A stretch of DNA of 64,000 bases from Mobula hypostoma. Taxonomy: Eukaryota. The notes beneath the pieces are model-generated. The model searched no databases and had not been told where the DNA came from. It worked only from the letters and a program-made list of their open reading frames with translations. Shown here in pieces: positions 1-10,614 of this stretch. Position numbers and translations under genes: made by a program. Location: assembly GCF_963921235.1 (NCBI RefSeq), contig NC_086108.1, positions 11,346,001-11,410,000 of the forward strand, read 5' to 3'. Positions within the stretch are counted from its first letter, which is position 1; each line of letters begins with the position of its first letter.

Positions 1-730
1 AAGCTCCTCCTGGGCAGGGCGCGGATCACCACCCGACAGAGGCAAGGGACAGGAAGGGACAGAACCAACTGCAGGTAACGGCAAGATGGCCTGGCTTACC
101 CGATGGGGGCAAGAGACAGGAAGGGACAGAACCAACCGTAGGTAACGGCAAGACGCCCTGGCTTACCTGAGCGGAGGTAAGGGACAGGAAGGGAGCTAGG
201 TACAGGGTGGCTCCAAGACAAGACTGCAGGCGAGATGAGGCGAGAGTTACCAGCAAGACAAGGCAAGGCTTCTGGCAAAGCAAGGCCAGACAGAACTTCA
301 GGCGAGGCGAGAGTTACCGGCAAGACAAGGCAGGGCTTCAGGCGAGGAAATAGAAGGCAGAGGAAGGGATACAAGGAGTAAGGACAAGAACAATCCAGCA
401 GCCACGCCTGGGTCTCTGGAGGTATTTATGCAGCCAGCCCCAACGAGCATCAGCTGCCTCAATTAGCTCAACAAGGACAGAAACAGGGTAGACAGGAAAA
501 CCTGGAGCAAGGGTCGATGGACCGGACCGTGAACCGGAATACGAACTTCACAGACCGCACCATGATAGGAGCGCCCCTCCCCCCCCCCACCACCCCATGG
601 GAGTCTCTTGGTGACCAAACAGGGTATCCAGACTATGGACGACCCGGGCGGGTGGGAGAGTATTAAACCGAAAGGAACCCTGGGTGGCAAGAGGAAAGAG
701 ACAGTGTCTATGTCGCTGGGTCCATGGTGG

Positions 731-742
731 GCTGGATTGTTC
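731..742 (-). promoter_or_regulatory. Self-priming primer-binding site of copy A
   Basis: Element-sense GAACAATCCAGC immediately follows the 5' LTR. It is the exact complement of element-sense GCTGGATTGTTC at 399-388 (1828-1817 in the other LTR, one G-U change), about 24 nt after a CATAAATA box at 430-423. Confidence 0.75.
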
Positions 743-999
743 TGTCATAAGGAGGTGGCTGGGAACGGACCCAAGTGCAAGACACAGACACTGAAGTACT
801 AGGGTCAGGACTAGGATACAGGGCGATGGCAAGGAGATAGACAGGAAAAGCAGGAACCTCGAACAGGACTGGACAAGGGAGCTAGGAGCCCGGGCTTGGA
901 CTCTGAGCCAGAGACTGGACAAGGACCCAGTACCTGGATCTTGCCTCTGGCTCAGACCCCAGAACTAGGCAAGGTCGAGGCTTGGCAGGCAGGCAGGAT

Positions 1000-1500
1000 G
1001 AGGCTGGAGTCTTCAGTCTAGAGGCTAGAGGTGAGGCTTGGCAGGAGGCAGGAGGCTGGAGTCTTCAGTCTAGAGGCTAGAGGTGAGGCTTGGCAGGAGG
1101 CAGGAGGCTGGAGTCTTCAGTCTAGAGGCTAGAGGTGAGGCTTGGCAGGAGGCAGGAGGCTGGAGTCTTCAGTCTAGAGGCTAGAGGTGAGGCTTGGCAG
1201 GAGGCAGGAGGCTGGAGTCTTCAGTCTAGAGGCTAGAGGTGAGGCTTGGCAGGAGGCAGGAGGCTGGAGTCTTCAGGCTGGAGTCTTCAGGCTAGAGGCT
1301 GGGCGGGAGGCTGGAGTCTTCAGGCTTGAGGCTGGGCGGGAGGCTGGAGTCTTCAGGCTTGAGGCTGGGCGGGAGGCTGGAGTCTTCAGGCTTGAGGCTG
1401 GGCGGGAGGCTGGAGTCTTCAGGCTTGAGGCTGGGCGGGAGGCTGGAGTCTTCAGTCTTGAGGCTGGGCGGGAGACTGGAGTCTTCAGGCTTGAGGCTAG
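1000..1500. repeat. Tandem repeats inside LTR: ~5 x 52-bp unit, then ~6-7 x 33-bp unit
   Basis: GCTGGAGTCTTCAGTCTAGAGGCTAGAGGTGAGGCTTGGCAGGAGGCAGGAG, then GCTGGAGTCTTCAGGCTTGAGGCTGGGCGGGAG, read directly. Confidence 0.95.
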
Positions 1501-2271
1501 GTAGGCTCCTCCTGGGCTGGGTGCGGATCACCACCCGACGAAGGCATAGGACAGGAAGGGCCCAACCACAGGTAACGGCAAGACGGCCTGGCTTACCTGG
1601 GCGGAGGCAAGGGTCAGGAAGGGAGCTAGGTACAGGGTGGCTCCAGGACAAGACTGCAGGCGAGATGAGGTGAGAGTTTCCAACAAGACAAGGCAAGGCT
1701 TCTGGCAAAGCAAGGCCAGACAGAACTTCAGGCAAGGCGAGAGTTCCGGCAAGACAAGGCAGGGCTTCAGGCGAGGAAACAGGAGGCAGAGGAAGGGATA
1801 CAAGGAGTAAGGACAAGAACAATCCAACAGCCACGCCTGGGTCTCTGGAGGTATTTGTGCAGCCAGCCCCAATGAGCATCAGCTGCCTCAATTAGAGCTC
1901 AACAAGAACAGAAACAGGGTAGACAGGAAAACCTGGAGCAAGGGTCGATGGACCAGACCGTGAACTGGAATACGGACTTCACGGACCGGACCATGACACA
2001 AATAGATGTCGTGTGGAGGCTTGCGAGCCTCAGGAATTGTGTCAGGTGATGCCATCTCAGGACCAGCCATGTTGAAATGGCTGTGGACAAGATGCCAGAT
2101 GTAGATCGATCCAACCCCGGCTCCTGAACAGACAGACTTGCATCTGCTCCACCTGCTCCTCCGGGCCACACTTCAATTAGAAGTGTGAGTGCCATACAAA
2201 ATGACAATTAATGTAGTTTCCCAACCTCCCAGTGCCAGTCCCCTGTCAAGTTTTAATACCTTGATTTCCAC

Positions 2272-2690
2272 ATTTCAAGTTCAAAGTCCAAAGTATGTTT
2301 ACTTCATACAACCTTGAGATTCATCTCCTTACAGGCAGCCACAAAGCAAAGAAACCCAAAAGAACCCATTAAGAGACTATCAAACACCCAATGTGCAGAG
2401 AGAGAGAAAAAAAAACACAAATCGTGCAAACAATAAAAGTAATCAAGTAGCATTTAGAGCAAAAGTGAGTCCATAGACACAAAGCCCAGAGCAGGCCTCA
2501 GGCCTCAGTGTCAGTTCAGTGCAGAGCAGAGCAAATATCATGGAACCCAGACCCAGAACCTAGAGTAGGCCTTAGGCCTCAGGCCTCAGCCAAGAGCAGA
2601 GTAAATGTCACGAAGCAGCTAGCAGAACCAGCCTGACCATTGCCTCTGGTCCTGAGACACTGCCTTTTCAATTCTTGTGCCATTTAAATC
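2272..2690 (-). mobile_element. Fragment of a non-autonomous retroposon with a Rex1-like 3' tail (here called family X)
   Basis: AAGTTCAAAG...CAGGCAGCCACAAAGCAAAGAAACCC recurs at 6488, 41621, 53085 and inverted at 28850-28925. Confidence 0.65.
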
Positions 2691-2787
2691 ATACCTTACC
2701 TTCATGTTGAATGACAGTATTATTAATTTTCATATGAGATTCTATCATTTATGATCACAGTTCTCTAGTTCCCTCACTATCAGATTG

Positions 2788-3317
2788 TGTCATGATCCCC
2801 ATGGGCCTCTAGAGTGGCTTGCCCTAGAGCTCTGTCCTTCAGGTTTCTCAACCACCTGGATTTACTCATTGTCAAGCCCAGGTACTTTTGGTTTAATCTT
2901 GTCAAGTTAATTTTGAGCGGCACCTGTTTCACGCATTCTATGATTATTTAAAGGGGATCTCTTTGTGCTCTGTTAGCAGAACCCTTGTGAGTTTGTGGAG
3001 AATGATTTGTATCGCAGTGTCACTCGGTTGTGGCTCTGAGGCTCTGTTGGTTTTCCTATGTCTATCCTCTTGTTTCCATCTCTTCATAGGGTGTTCGTAA
3101 CTCCTCCGCTCCTGGGCTGAGTCGTGGTCAGTGACCACCATGACAGAGAAAGTCTGCCGATCCTCTGCTCCTGGGTCGAGCTGTTGCCAGTGTTATCCGT
3201 GACTCAGTCTGCCATCCTCCACATCTGGGTTGAGACGGTGCCAGCGGCCATCGTGACAGGGAGAGTCTGCATTTCCTCGCACTTGGGTTCAGTCCTGTGA
3301 GCATGCATTGTTAATCA
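2788..3317 (+). mobile_element. Probable solo LTR of sushi-like Gypsy type
   Basis: Starts TGTCATGA; has a TATTTAAA box, internal short repeats and a 3' GCACTTGGGT motif like the ends of the other sushi-type LTRs. 3' end and TSD unclear. Confidence 0.4.
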
Positions 3318-3494
3318 GTCCCTTCTAACCCCAAGGCTCAGATCAATGGTTCCCCAACATGCTGGACACTTTATAGATGTACACAGCGTGGAGCAAGCCC
3401 TTCTGCACCAACATGTCATACACCCCAGCAAGTCACTATTTCACACTAGCCTGATCACAGGGCAATCTACCTGTGGATGGATAACTGTGTGGGG

Positions 3495-3725
3495 CACTAG
3501 GGTAGAGAAGTGGTTAGTGTGACATTATCACAGCTCAGGGTCTGTACACCCCTTCCTGTGTGCACATGAGTTTCCTCCAGGTGCTCTGGTTTCAGTTGGT
3601 AGGTTAATTAGTCATTGTAAATTGTCCCGTGATTAGGCTAGGATTAGATCTGGGGACTGCTGGTGGCTTTGCCCGTAGAGCTGGAAAAGCCTGTTCCATG
3701 GTGTATCTGAATAAATAAATAAATC
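3495..3725 (+). mobile_element. tRNA-derived SINE (V-SINE-like), degenerate
   Basis: GGTTAG A-box-like head, TTTCCTCCAGGTGCTCTGGTTTC core and (AATA)n tail; same pattern at 51052, 51899, 59390 and 62640. Confidence 0.6.
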
Positions 3726-3821
3726 CCTAATATTTGTGAGTGTTGGAAATAATTTGCAAGATGTGTAGCCCGGGTGGTTGATGGATTGGTTTGAGTTGTT
3801 CTCTGATCTTGGTGATTTACT

Positions 3822-3863
3822 TGCAAACGTTTCTTGACCATACGAGGAGATATCATCAGTGCA
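3822..3863 (-). ncRNA. Minimal hammerhead ribozyme motif (Penelope type)
   Basis: UGCA-CUGAUGA-[stem II, degenerate]-GAAAC-GUU-UGCA; stem I is UGCA/UGCA. Confidence 0.6.
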
Positions 3864-4223
3864 CTGTTGATTATGGTGTGCCCTCCCAACACGTGGCCTT
3901 TATAAACTTACCAATCTGCTGAATGGTCGCCATTGTGGAAACAGTTGTGATCTAGGTTGATGCGTTTACAGAATTGTTCGTGGAAAACCTCGCTTCTAGG
4001 AAGTCCCTTGACTGCCATATGATTGCTTCTGCCATGACTTTCACTGATGTCCAGTTGAAATTGTGTCTCTCTCGATCTTTATGGGTAGAGACGAGGGAGA
4101 GTTGGTCACATCGCTTCACAGCCAGTCGATGTTCATGGATCCTTGCGGATAGTTTTCTCCCAGACTGGCCGATGTGATATTTGCTGCAGTTGCTGCATTC
4201 AGAGGACACACCACAATCAACAG

Positions 4224-4265
4224 CACACTGAAGATGTCTCCTTGTATGGTGACGAAACATTTGCA
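4224..4265 (+). ncRNA. Minimal hammerhead ribozyme motif (Penelope type)
   Basis: CUGAAGA-U-GUCUCC-uuguau-GGUGAC-GAAAC-AUU-UGCA. Confidence 0.6.
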
Positions 4266-4479
4266 ACTAAATTGCCAAAATTGGGGAACAACTCAAGCCA
4301 ACCATCATCCTCTGATTTATGGTTGACGTAACTAAACAACTTGGTCATGGGCTGAGAGAAGCGATGAAGTAAGTGGGTACTGTGAGCGTCTGTAGCTAGA
4401 CAAAAGTTCTACGTTCTTAGAGTAGTTGGGCTGTCATTTCTCAGATGTGCGGAATGTGCACAAAATTCCGGACCTCAAC

Positions 4480-4695
4480 CATAGCCAATCAGCGACAAGA
4501 CTTTCTCCTCACATCACAGCTAAGTGTCCGAAATGATGATGACCAACCAGCTGATTGAAAAGTACATAAAGGCCATGCATTGCATTCGGAGGGCACGCCA
4601 CAATTGATAGCGAGCTGACAATGATTCCTCGTGTGGTGATGAAACGATTGCAAGTAAATCGCCAGGATCGGAGAACAACTCAACTCAACGTGTAA
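4480..4695 (+). mobile_element. Third copy of the Penelope-type terminal repeat with a decayed hammerhead
   Basis: GGAGGGCACGCCACAATT...CTGACAATG...GGTGATGAAACGATTGCAAGTAAATC aligns with 4200-4300. Confidence 0.6.
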
Positions 4696-5199
4696 GTGTA
4701 AGATGCAAATAAAGCTGATGAATTTGATCTGCAGAAGGTGATAATGTTTAATCTCACTCATCGTTACATCCACCATTTCCCATCTTCCAGTGGGCAGATG
4801 ATCAATATTTTTGCACAGTTGGATTGGTGCTGATACTTCAGCCGAGTTTCAGCTAATCTCTTCAGGAGAGAGGCTGGAAGCTTTGGCTAAGTATAAAGAA
4901 CATTTTAAATTATACATCATCTGTTTTATCTTTGCAGTAAATGCCTTCTGACACAAAGTAGTAAATCCACTGTACTTTTCAGTCGATGTCTGCCAATTAT
5001 TTATGACTAAACATTTGTCACATAATTTCCAGCTCTCTTTGTGAAAAATTAATCATTTTTGCTCTGCTTGCATAAATATCTGAGTCTGCAAAGCCTTGAC
5101 GACCGAGTTATACAGGAAATGTGTGGTCATGTCGAAAGAAAGAATTTACACAGAGTGGCAGAAAAATACCCTACAGCTTTTCATACAGGGGCCATCAGC

Positions 5200-5515
5200 A
5201 TAGAGCAGATACAGAGAGCAAGGTGGGGGTGAGGTAGGAAGAGAGAGGGAGACAGAGTGGAGAGAGAATGATAGAGAGACAGAGAGTGAGAGAGCCAGAC
5301 AGACAGAGAGTGTGTGAATGAGAGAGAGGGGGAAAGAGAGGGGGAAGAGAGATAGTGAAAGATATATATAGAGTGATGGCTGAGGAAAGGAGTGAGAAAG
5401 GCAGGCAAATACAGAGGACAAGGAGAGGGAGGCAGAGATAGAGAGAGCGAGAGAGACAGAAAAAGAGGGAGAGGGAGGGAGAGAGAAAGGCAGGGTAGGG
5501 AAAGGGAGGGGAGAA
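5200..5515. repeat. GA-rich low-complexity tract (a second tract at ~6010-6190)
   Basis: Degenerate (GA)n/(GGA)n, read directly. Confidence 0.9.
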
Positions 5516-6487
5516 TCAAACCAAATCAACTCAAATTTAATGATCATTCAAGTCAAGCATAGATGCAGCTGAATGAGACAGTGTTCCTCTGGGGCTAAGG
5601 GGAAAAACATTCAAAATAGCAAGCAAACATTCAAAACTAGAGAGTAACATATCGAGCAAAGAAGCATATTCACTCAAAAAAAAAATGTATATAGTCCAAG
5701 ACTCTGAGTGACAATGTCTAGCAATCAATGTTACGGTCTCCCGTCAGTGGATAGACGTACACATTCCTGCCTGTCATTCCACTGCTCGAACACAGGAGGG
5801 CAGCACCGATGGGTAAGGTCAGGTCCCAGTCGAGTTCAACCATACTGTAAATGCTTCTGCGTCTCTCACCTCGTCTGCAGCAGCAGGCAAGCCCGAGCTT
5901 TGAGGCCTAGTTCTTGCTACAACTGAGGCTACACAGCTCCCATGTCTACTGTTCCTCCACCAGACAAAGGTAAAAGGCCCGTAAAAGGGTTTGTGAGAGG
6001 TGGCTTTTGGAGAAGGAGATAAAGAGACAGAGTAGGAAGGGGATGCAAGAGAGGGAGAGAGAGGGGAGAGAATGGGGAGAGAGAGAGGGAGGGAGAGAGA
6101 GATCATTAGAGAGAGTGACAAGGGTTTGTGAGAGGTGGCTTTTGGAGAAGGAGATACAGAGTAGGAAGGGGATGCAAGAGAGGATTGAAATAGAGTTTTA
6201 AGGTGAAAGGCTGAAGACTAATTTCAATACCTTTGCTTTAATGAATTTCACACAGTCTAACAATGCAGAGAGAGACTCTACCACCAATTAATGTACACAA
6301 GATAGCCTGACCAGATGTCCGTCAGCAGGCCAAATGGCTTCATTCAGCTCCAATAGCTTATGATCCAGAATTACCAAGTGTCAAACTCATCTCTCAGGTC
6401 AAAGAGTCATGCAACACGAAAACAGGCCCTTCGGCCCAACTGGTCCATGCTGACCAAAATTCATAGCCAAGCCAGACCTGCTTGTGT

Positions 6488-9225
6488 AAAGTTCGAAGTA
6501 CATTTATTATCCAAGTATGTATATTGGAATCTACCTGGAGACTCACCTTGCTGCAGGCAGCCACAAAACAAAGAAACACAAAGAAAAGAAACCACACTCT
6601 GATGATCATCAAACATCCAATGTGTTAAAAAAGAACAAATCTTGAAAACAGTAAAAAGTAAACAAATAACATAAACCACAGAATCTCCGAAAGTGTGTCC
6701 ACAGCCACAGAGCCACTGAGGTGAGTGAAGCTGGTCCACGATCACCACGGCTGCAGGGAACAGCTCAGTGCCCAGGCAAGTGAAGATGGTCCAGGAGCTT
6801 GAAGGCCGCAGGCCACAGTCACAGAGTCAGTTCAGTGCTGAGTGAGTGACGATGGCTGTGACCACAGTCACAGAGTCAGTTCAGTACTGAGCGAGTGACG
6901 ATGGCTGCAGGTCACAGTCACAGAGTCAGTTCAGTACTGAGCGAGTGACAATGGCTGTGACCACAGTCATAGAGTCAGTTCAGTGCTGAGGGAGTGACGA
7001 TGGTGGCAGGTCACAGTCACAGAGTCAGTTCAGTACTGAGGGAGTGACGATGGCTGCAGGTCACAGTCACAGAGTCAGTTCAGTACTGAGCGAGTGACAA
7101 TGGCTGCAGGTCACAGTCACAGAGTCAGTTCAGTACTGAGCGAGTGACAATGGCTGCAGGTCACAGTCACAGAGTCAGTTCAGTACTGAGCAAGTGACAA
7201 TGGCTGTGACCACAGTCACCGAGTCAGTTCAGTGCTGAGGGAGTGACGATGGTGGCAGGTCACAGTCACAGAGTCAGTTCAGTGCTGAGCGAGTGACGAT
7301 GGCTGTGACCACAGTCATAGAGTCAGTTCAGTACTGAGGAGTGACGATGGCTGCAGGTCACAGTCACAGAGTCAGTTCAGTACTGAGCGAGTGACGATGG
7401 CTGCAGGTCACAGTCACCGAGTCAGTTCAGTGCTGAGGAGTGACGATGGTGACAGGTCACAGTCACAGAGTCAGTTCAGTGCTGAGGGAGTGACGATGGC
7501 TGCAGGTCACAGTCACAGAGTCAGTTCAGTACTGAGCGAGTGACGATGGCTGCAGGTCACAGTCACCGAGTCAGTTCAGTGCTGAGGAGTGACGATGGTG
7601 ACAGGTCACAGTCACAGAGTCAGTTCAGTGCTGAGGGAGTGACGATGGCTGCAGGTCACAGTCACAGAGTCAGTTCAGTACTGAGCGAGTGACGATGGCT
7701 GTGACCACAGTCACCGAGTCAGTTCAGTACTGAGCGAGTGACGATGGCTGCAGGTCACAGTCACAGAGTCAGTTCAGTGCTGAGTGAGTGACGATGGCTG
7801 TGACCACAGTCACCGAGTCAGTTCAGTGCTGAGGGAGTGACGATGGTGGCAGGTCACAGTCACAGAGTCAGTTCAGTGCTGAGGGAGTAACGATGGCTGT
7901 GACCACAGTCACAGAGTCAGTTCAGTGCTGAGGGAGTGACGATGGCTGCAGGTCACAGTCACAGAGTCAGTTCAGTACTGAGCGAGTGACGATGGCTGTG
8001 ACCACAGTCACCGAGTCAGTTCAGTACTGAGCGAGTGACGATGGCTGCAGGTCACAGTCACAGAGTCAGTTCAGTGCTGAGCGAGTGACGATGGCTGTGA
8101 CCACAGTCACCGAGTCAGTTCAGTGCTGAGGGAGTGACGATGGTGGCAGGTCACAGTCACAGAGTCAGTTCAGTGCTGAGCGAGTGACAATGGCTGTGAC
8201 CACAGTCATAGAGTCAGTTCAGTACTGAGCGAGTGACAATGGCTGTGACCACAGTCATAGAGTCAGTTCAGTACTGAGCGAGTGACGATGGCTGTGACCA
8301 CAGTCATAGAGTCAGTTCAGTACTGAGCGAGTGACGATGGCTGTGACCACAGTCATAGAGTCAGTCCAGTGCTGAGGGAGTGACGATGGCTGCAGGTCAC
8401 AGTCACAGAGTCAGTTCAGTGCTGAGCGAGTGACGATGGCTGTGACCACAGTCACCGAGTCAGTTCAGTGCTGAGGGAGTGACGATGGTGGCAGGTCACA
8501 GTCACAGAGTCAGTTCAGTACTGAGGGAGTGACGATGGCTGCAGGTCACAGTCACAGAGTCAGTTCAGTGCTGAGGGAGTGACGATGGCTGCAGGTCACA
8601 GTCACAGAGTCAGTTCAGTACTGAGCGAGTGACGATGGCTGCAGGTCACAGTCACAGAGTCAGTTCAGTGCTGAGGAGTGACGATGGCTGCAGGCCACAG
8701 TCACAGAGTCAGTTTAGTACTGAGGTTTCTTGATCAAATCTCACAAATAATAAAAATAAATATTAAAGGAAAACACGAAGAACATGAACTGCAGAGTCCC
8801 CAAAAGTGAACCACAGTTGTTCAGTGCCGAGGCAAGTGAAGCCCGTTCTGGGGCCTGACGGCAGCTCCCCAAACTCTGTGGTACAGGACCCAGGACTTCT
8901 GCACCTTCTGCCAAGAGCAGCGAGAAGTGAGAGAGACGGGTCAAAGGCAAGCAGACGGCTCTATACACCTGTTTTATTGCTACTCTCTACCTCAACAATT
9001 TTAACCTTGCTCGATGCTTTATTCAGCAGAGAATAATGGAGCTGACCACGAGGTCATTTTTCACCATTAGAAAGCGACACAGCCTCGCTCAGCAATGGCC
9101 GCTACACTCCATGCTGAATCTCCCAGGAGATCGTAAAAATGTCTGGTTGTTTAGTCATCTCAGAGGTAATCTTTGAAAGGGAAATTAGAGGCGGCAGTTA
9201 ATGGCATTTCAGAAGAAGTGTGACA
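6488..9225 (-). mobile_element. Family X non-autonomous retroposon hosting a minisatellite; 5' end probably continues at 14406-14475
   Basis: AAAGTTCGAAGTACATTTATTATCCAAGTATG tail and CAGGCAGCCACAAAACAAAG motif. 14406-14475 resembles the reverse complement of the family 5' end at 28111. Confidence 0.6.
6812..8725. repeat. Minisatellite, 49-50 bp unit, about 38 copies
   Basis: Unit CACAGTCACAGAGTCAGTTCAGT(A/G)CTGAG(C/G)GAGTGACGATGGCTG(CAGGT/TGAC), head to tail with no unique spacers. Confidence 0.97.
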
Positions 9226-9229
9226 CCAG

Positions 9230-10300
9230 TGCTGTGGGCTGAATCAGCATATAGGAGAGAGACAGAGAGCTTGGTTGAGCAGTGCGATAGTAACAACCTC
9301 TCACTCAATGTCAGCAAGAACAAGGAGCCGAGTATAGACTTCAGCAGAGGGAAACCAAAGGTCTCATCAGAGGATCAGAGGTGGAGGGGACTAACAGCTT
9401 TCGATTCCTGGGTGTTACTCTTTCAGAGGATCAGTCCTGGGCCCAGAACACAAGTGTGAAGAAAGCACAGCAGCGTCTCTACTTCCTTAAGTGTCTGCAA
9501 AGGTTCAACATGACAGCTAAAACTTTAGCAAACTTCTACAGATGTGGAGTGGAGAGTATATTGACCGGCTGCACCACATCCTGGTACAGAAACATAAATA
9601 TCTTTGAATGGAAAATCCTATAAAAAGTAATGGATTTGGCCCAGTACGTCACAGGTAAAGCCCTTCCAACCATTGAGCACTTCTACATGAGATGCTGTCA
9701 TAAAAAAGCTGCATCCATCATCAGTGACCCCCACCACTCAGGCCAAACTCGCTTCACGGTGGTGTCTGAAAAGAGGATGCTGTCCAAGTTGCATGCCATC
9801 TTGGTCAATGTCTCCCATCCACTACATAATGTACTGGTTGGGCACAGGAGTACATTCAGCCAGAGACTCATTCCACCGAGATGCAACACAGAGCGTCATA
9901 GGAAGTCATTCCTGCCTGTGGCCATCAAACTTTACAACTCCTCCCTTGGAGGACACCCTGAGCCAATAGGCTGGTCCTGGACTTCTTTCCATCTGGCATA
10001 ATTTACATATCATTATTTAATTATTTATGGTTTTATATTGCTATATTTATACTCTATTCTTGGTTGGCGCAACTGTAACGAAACCCAATTTCCCTTGGGA
10101 TTAATAAAGTATGACTATGACTCACACCACCAGCTCCAGGAACAGTTACTACCCCACAACCATCAGACTCTTGAGCATAAGGGGATAACTACACTCACTG
10201 GCCCCGCCATTGAAATGTTCCCCCAATCAATGATCTCACTTTAAGGAATCTTTACCTCATTATTTCATTTTCTCATTATTTATTGCTATTTCTTTATATA
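9230..10300 (+). mobile_element. Rex1/Babar-type LINE 3' fragment, with a second Rex-type 3' end inserted at ~9752-10120; tail resumes at 14240-14405
   Basis: Peptides NNLSLNVSK, FRFLGV, KKAQQRLYFL, FYRCGVESILTGC. The insert ends AATAAAGTATGACTATGACT. The distal tail ATAAAATCTACTTTGAACTTTG matches the equivalent tail at 27083-27105. Confidence 0.8.
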
Positions 10301-10302
10301 TA

Positions 10303-10612
10303 CGAGGGGTGATTGATATGTTCGTGACCTAAGATAGAAGGAGTCAATTTTAGAAAACCTAGCACCTTTATTTTTCAACATACTCCCCTCCTACGTTTAT
10401 ACACTTAGTCCAGCGGTCATGGAGCATACGAATCTTGGAGCTCCAGAAAGTGTCCACAGCAGGGGTGATTGATAAGTTTGTGGCCTAAGGCAGAAGGAGA
10501 TAAGTTATTAACGTCAAACTTTCTGCATAATCATTCAAACAGTTGAACTGCATGTGCATATAACGAGAGCTGCATAACTACCTTAGACCACGCAGTCATC
10601 CATCACCCCTCA
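10303..10612. mobile_element. Tc1/mariner-type MITE
   Basis: TA|CGAGGGGTGATTGATA...CATCACCCCTCA|TA inverted ends with TA flanks. Further copies at ~27233-27545 and ~30577-30700. Confidence 0.8.
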
Positions 10613-10614
10613 TA

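Larger units (their letters stand above)
1..1998 (-). mobile_element. Miniature non-autonomous LTR retrotransposon (TRIM-like, sushi/Tf1-type Gypsy derivative), copy A; 3' LTR cut by window edge
   Basis: 5' LTR 1998->743 (TGTCATGG...TTATGACA on minus). Internal region 742->568 (175 bp) has ATGGACCCAGCG (MDPA-like gag start) and a G-rich PPT. Second LTR starts at 567; 1-567 aligns with 1503-1998. Confidence 0.85.
3770..4310 (-). mobile_element. Penelope-like element remnant: GIY-YIG endonuclease fragment between inverted terminal repeats
   Basis: Minus ORF contains CSNCSKYHIGQSGRKLSARIHEH...HNFNW (YIG(Q/E)TGR..R..EH motif). 3810-3890 is the reverse complement of 4200-4280. Confidence 0.8.

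Noticed and set aside
1187..1891. Repetitive ORFs (LEAGREAGVFR / PEDSSLPPSLK repeats)
   Set aside because: They result from the 33-bp tandem unit inside an LTR, which is open in several frames.
5146..5547. Ser/Leu-rich ORFs
   Set aside because: Translation of GA microsatellite-like sequence.
6812..8725. CRISPR-like regular array
   Set aside because: Units are head to tail with no unique spacers, there are no cas genes, and the context is eukaryotic. It is a minisatellite.
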